This document shows, one piece after another, positions 48,489-51,983 of a stretch of 51,983 nt of DNA. The notes under the pieces are model-generated. The model was not told the DNA's origin. It was given only the letters and a program-made list of their open reading frames with translations, and did not search any database. The translations under genes and the position numbers were made by a program. The first letter of the stretch is position 1. Every line of letters begins with the position of its first letter. This DNA comes from Anaerolineae bacterium (GTDB lineage: Bacteria; Chloroflexota; Anaerolineae; Anaerolineales; E44-bin32), in NCBI GenBank assembly GCA_011174845.1, contig DUEW01000002.1, positions 1 to 51,983 of the forward strand, written 5' to 3'.

Positions 48489-49078
48489 TTGGTGTACTTG
48501 GTGGGACTTTTGACCCTCCACATATGGGTCATCTTATATTGGCCGATATTGGAAAGTGGGTATTGAATTTGGAGAGAGTCCTTTGGGTTGTCACTGCTCA
48601 ACCACCGCATAAACCAGATGCCCCCATCTCGCCCATTGAAGATCGAATTGCGATGGTCGAGATGGCAATCATGGACAATCCAGCGTTTGTGCTCTCGCGT
48701 GCTGATATCGAAAGACCTGTACCCCACTACGCGATCGACACATTACGATGGTTGGCTGAACGTTATCAAGGAGTTCGTTTTGCTTACCTGATGGGGGCTG
48801 ATTCATTAAACGATCTACCTGCATGGCATGATCCGTTAGGTTTTTTAGAAGTCTGTGGTGTTCTCGGCGTGATGCGTCGACCCGGTGTAGAAGTTGATAT
48901 GCAGGTGCTTGAGTTGGAGTTACCTGGTGTAACAGGCAAGGTAACATTTTTCGATGCGCCATTGATCGGATGTTCAGGGCGTGACATCCGACGTCGTGTT
49001 CGGAAACGCGAACCTTTTCAGTATCTGCTTCCACCTGGAATAGCTGATTTCATTGAAGAGAAGGGCCTCTATCGTTGA
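48476..49078 (+). CDS. nadD: Nicotinate-nucleotide adenylyltransferase
   Basis: GGTFDPPHMGH, PPHK, MGADS, W; follows obgE as is common. Confidence 0.93.
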   Translation: MAGLIGVLGGTFDPPHMGHLILADIGKWVLNLERVLWVVTAQPPHKPDAPISPIEDRIAMVEMAIMDNPAFVLSRADIERPVPHYAIDTLRWLAERYQGVRFAYLMGADSLNDLPAWHDPLGFLEVCGVLGVMRRPGVEVDMQVLELELPGVTGKVTFFDAPLIGCSGRDIRRRVRKREPFQYLLPPGIADFIEEKGLYR

Positions 49079-50223
49079 GCCTCATCAAAGATCGCCCATT
49101 CATCGCTGCCGCAGTGGCCCATTTCGCTGTTGATGCTTTAAATGGCCAAAGGCCTCTTCTTTTGGCAGTTTTAAGTGTCCCTCTGGGGTTATCGAACACA
49201 GCCATTGGCCTCGTTACCACCCTCTATACATTTTCCGGCTCGCTCTCCCAACCTCTCTTCGGCTGGCTCGCGGATCGTATTGGCCCGCGTTGGGTGGCCA
49301 CCATTGGTGTGCTCTGGATGGCAGGGGCTTTCGGACTTGCTGTGAGCCTGCCTAACTATGCACCGTTGATCTTGCTCATCCTTGCTTCATTTGGATCAGG
49401 GGCTTTTCATCCCGCGGGAGCAATGGAGGCCACGCTCCGAGGGCGCCAATTTCTTTCCGATCGAGAAACGACTGCGGCTTCTCTTTTCTTTTTCTCTGGT
49501 GCGGCGGGCTACTCCTTCGGTCCAGCACTCGGAGGTCCGATCCTGGATCGCTGGGGACCCCCTGGCTTGATCCTTCTTCTGTTGTTCGTAGTGCCAGCTG
49601 GGATGTATGTCAGCCTTCGTTTTGTGCCATTAGAGGAATCGGTTGAGAAGCAAATCGATGACACAATGCCAAGGAAGGCATCTAGCCTCACTCAACTGAT
49701 TCCATTTATTTTCTTAACCGCATTTCGTTCGTGGACGCAAACGTCGATGGTGTCATTTATACCTAAATACTATAACGACCTCGGTTATCGCCCGAGTGTG
49801 TATGGCGTCATCGTGGCGTTGCTTACAGCTGGTTCGGCCATTGGGGGTGTTATCGGCGGCATGCTTGCGGATCGCTATGGGAAGCGAAATGTTACACTGC
49901 AGACATTATTCTGTGCGGTAATACCGCTCGCAATCTTTCCCTTCCTTAGTGACACAGCGTGGGTCTACATCCTCCTACCCCTGGCTGGAGCGTTGACGGG
50001 TGCCTCACACAGCATCCTTGTTGTGTTGGCTCAACGAATGATGCCGGGCAAAACGGGGACGGCTTCGGGATTGATTCTGGGATTTACCTTCACCTGTGGA
50101 GCTTTAGGCACACTAATCAGTGGATTTCAGGCCGACTTCAGTGGGTTTAAGATCATGTTCCTAACCCTTGCCGGGATTACGTTGATCGCTGCCTTCTTAG
50201 CATTTCGGCTTCCTAAGAATTGA
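49075..50223 (+). CDS. MFS transporter (Fsr-like)
   Basis: About 12 TM segments, QPLFGWLADRIG, AFHP, GGMLADRYGKR. Confidence 0.88.
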   Translation: MSLIKDRPFIAAAVAHFAVDALNGQRPLLLAVLSVPLGLSNTAIGLVTTLYTFSGSLSQPLFGWLADRIGPRWVATIGVLWMAGAFGLAVSLPNYAPLILLILASFGSGAFHPAGAMEATLRGRQFLSDRETTAASLFFFSGAAGYSFGPALGGPILDRWGPPGLILLLLFVVPAGMYVSLRFVPLEESVEKQIDDTMPRKASSLTQLIPFIFLTAFRSWTQTSMVSFIPKYYNDLGYRPSVYGVIVALLTAGSAIGGVIGGMLADRYGKRNVTLQTLFCAVIPLAIFPFLSDTAWVYILLPLAGALTGASHSILVVLAQRMMPGKTGTASGLILGFTFTCGALGTLISGFQADFSGFKIMFLTLAGITLIAAFLAFRLPKN

Positions 50224-50294
50224 ACAACGACTCGCATTTATTACCTTATCCCTCTCGCATATCAGAAGTGCCTCTCAAACGGTTCCACAACCGT

Positions 50295-51983
50295 TTATCC
50301 CACGATTGGAGAGAGAATTAAATGCAAGGTTAAGATCTCATGGGGCTCGATTAGAAGGGGGACGCGATGGTTTTCCTGAATCTCAAGCTCCTCAATCTTG
50401 GTTTCGTCCATACGAACCTTTGAAGCTGATTGAATTGGGGGCAAGCTTGTGACCGCGGTTTGTAAGGGTTGGTGACTAAGGTTAACTCCCCGCAGGATCA
50501 ATCCCTTCCCGTTTTTAGAAGTTTTCACCGATGTAAGAGAAAACGCGTCGTGATCGACCGAGATCAGGGAAGCAGAGGTGGGAAGCACGCCACTGTGAAG
50601 GCTTGTCCCAATGCCGCGGAGGCTAGTTTGGAATGCTTCAGCTAGATGTCGTGCCTGTAGCAGATCTCCGTTGTAGGGTATCAAGCTGAGGTGGAAGGTA
50701 TGCTCACCATGTACTTGGCCGCCCGGGGTAGGGAGTTGAGGTCCAGCGCCTCCTTTGCGTGTAGCCAAATCGGCACGGGAGAGCCAACCAAAGCAGCGTA
50801 GGAGGGTTATCGAGACAACACCGTCCGGAGAAACGCTCACTTCACGTAACCCCCGCGAAGCGATCATCAATCCATTCTTCCCTTTGCTAATGGCAACGAA
50901 ATTTCGTACTGGAACCTCAATGGAAGGCAGTTCAATCCAATCCGATTCAATTTCAGGTAGCTTGGTTGAACGCTGAACGATTTCATAATGTCCATCATAA
51001 TATGCATCGGACACCTCGAAGGGAAGCGGAAAGAGCGCTTGGAGGCGGTGATCGTCAGCATGGTTCTCAAGCGTGATGTCTACATCAACCCGTGGGATAC
51101 CTTGATTTAGGCGAGCGTATATTTTGATGGGCAGTTCCGCTGTTGTCAGGGAGCGTTCGATGCGATTATCGTTCAAGTATTTAGGAATTTGATAGCGTGC
51201 GTCGATCTCAAGGATCTCGCCGCAATCGTCAACAAATCGACGGATTTTCGGGGGCGAAATAGGTGTTTCGATCGGCGTATCTCCCTCCAAAGGGCAGAAG
51301 TTATAGCTGTCTCCACGATCGGCTCGATCGCTAAGTCGCAGTAAATTCTCGAAAATAACGCCCGTTTGAAGGTCCTTTATAGACAAACTGCCATTGGATG
51401 TTGCTTCCACACGCAAGAAGCAATTTTCGATGCTCCGTCCTGTTCTCTCTTCAGCAGGGAAAGCGTTTTCGGTTGCAGATCGAAGTCCGAAGGTCCGATA
51501 CCCATGTCCGGGAACATCTCGGGCTATGAGCTGTATCGTGACCTCGGTCGCGAAGCGAGCAAGAAGTCTGAACCTTAAAACCTGACCCTCGACCATCAAA
51601 GCCTCGATCGCTGTACTCGCTTCTTGTACCGTATCAAGATTCGGCCCAGCGCCTTCTGCAAGAACGACATCGATAAGCGCGTGATCGGGATGCCTCACGA
51701 CTGCCACTTCTTGGATCGATAAGCCCATTACCTGTCCGTTTCGCGCCATAGTCAGCAGGGCACGAAGACCCTCGGCATTAAGCTCCATGTCAGTTAGTGA
51801 GCGTTCTTTTCGATCGAGCAACCTATAGGAGATGATCTGACACTGATCATCGAGGATCTCGAATGGATCCAATCCTGCCGGCAACTCTAATCTGGCTTCA
51901 GCAAGTCCTGTGTTCGTCGTAAGGTTAGGATTGAAAACCACGAGGGCGCTGCGAGCACCTGCCTCCTCGAGCGATGATGTGTC
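50295..51983 (-). CDS. GH38 alpha-mannosidase-family protein, C-terminal part (5' end outside window)
   Basis: VFNP, D.GD.YNF, DHRLQALF, TLLRC.GWLSR.D..TR...AGP...TP..Q, ILR..N. Confidence 0.85.
   Translation of the reverse strand, partial: DTSSLEEAGARSALVVFNPNLTTNTGLAEARLELPAGLDPFEILDDQCQIISYRLLDRKERSLTDMELNAEGLRALLTMARNGQVMGLSIQEVAVVRHPDHALIDVVLAEGAGPNLDTVQEASTAIEALMVEGQVLRFRLLARFATEVTIQLIARDVPGHGYRTFGLRSATENAFPAEERTGRSIENCFLRVEATSNGSLSIKDLQTGVIFENLLRLSDRADRGDSYNFCPLEGDTPIETPISPPKIRRFVDDCGEILEIDARYQIPKYLNDNRIERSLTTAELPIKIYARLNQGIPRVDVDITLENHADDHRLQALFPLPFEVSDAYYDGHYEIVQRSTKLPEIESDWIELPSIEVPVRNFVAISKGKNGLMIASRGLREVSVSPDGVVSITLLRCFGWLSRADLATRKGGAGPQLPTPGGQVHGEHTFHLSLIPYNGDLLQARHLAEAFQTSLRGIGTSLHSGVLPTSASLISVDHDAFSLTSVKTSKNGKGLILRGVNLSHQPLQTAVTSLPPIQSASKVRMDETKIEELEIQENHRVPLLIEPHEILTLHLILSPIVG

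Overview
Bacterial chromosomal segment whose gene content suggests an anaerobic Chloroflexota (Anaerolineae-like) host; this taxonomy is inferred, not tested. Four blocks are visible. (1) 1-4.9 kb is an envelope/protein quality-control locus: DedA, a PrsW-family protease, an M50 protease and a tRNA-Sec(UCA) gene. Two ORFs that the track splits (2813..3172 and 1850..2788, minus strand) read as one gene: a lipoprotein DsbA-like/cyclophilin fusion with an in-frame UGA at the first Cys of the CxxC motif (DFQ-U-PYC), followed by a SECIS-like hairpin. It is very likely an unannotated selenoprotein, lying divergent to selC. (2) 5.2-27.5 kb is an uncharacterised sugar/polyol catabolic region: Gfo/Idh/MocA, two Zn-ADHs, cupin PGI, Eda, SerA-like and shikimate-DH-like enzymes, GntR, an unknown TIM barrel, a CUT1 ABC transporter, two tandem PTE-family hydrolases, an LsrK-like kinase, an SDR and a UroD-like protein. 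(3) 27.6-31 kb is a three-gene operon resembling bacterial ceramide synthesis (Spt-like, reductase, bCerS/YghO-like), with ino1 about 3.7 kb away. (4) The rest is mostly housekeeping: tRNA-Pro(CGG), a histidine kinase, yebC-ruvC-ruvA, an F1-only atpAGDC cluster (AtpA has a ~50-aa insertion), mreB, rex, obgE, nadD, an MFS transporter and a partial GH38 gene, plus two tandem arrays of a 56-bp double-hairpin REP-like element. All calls come from reading motifs by eye; no searches were run.
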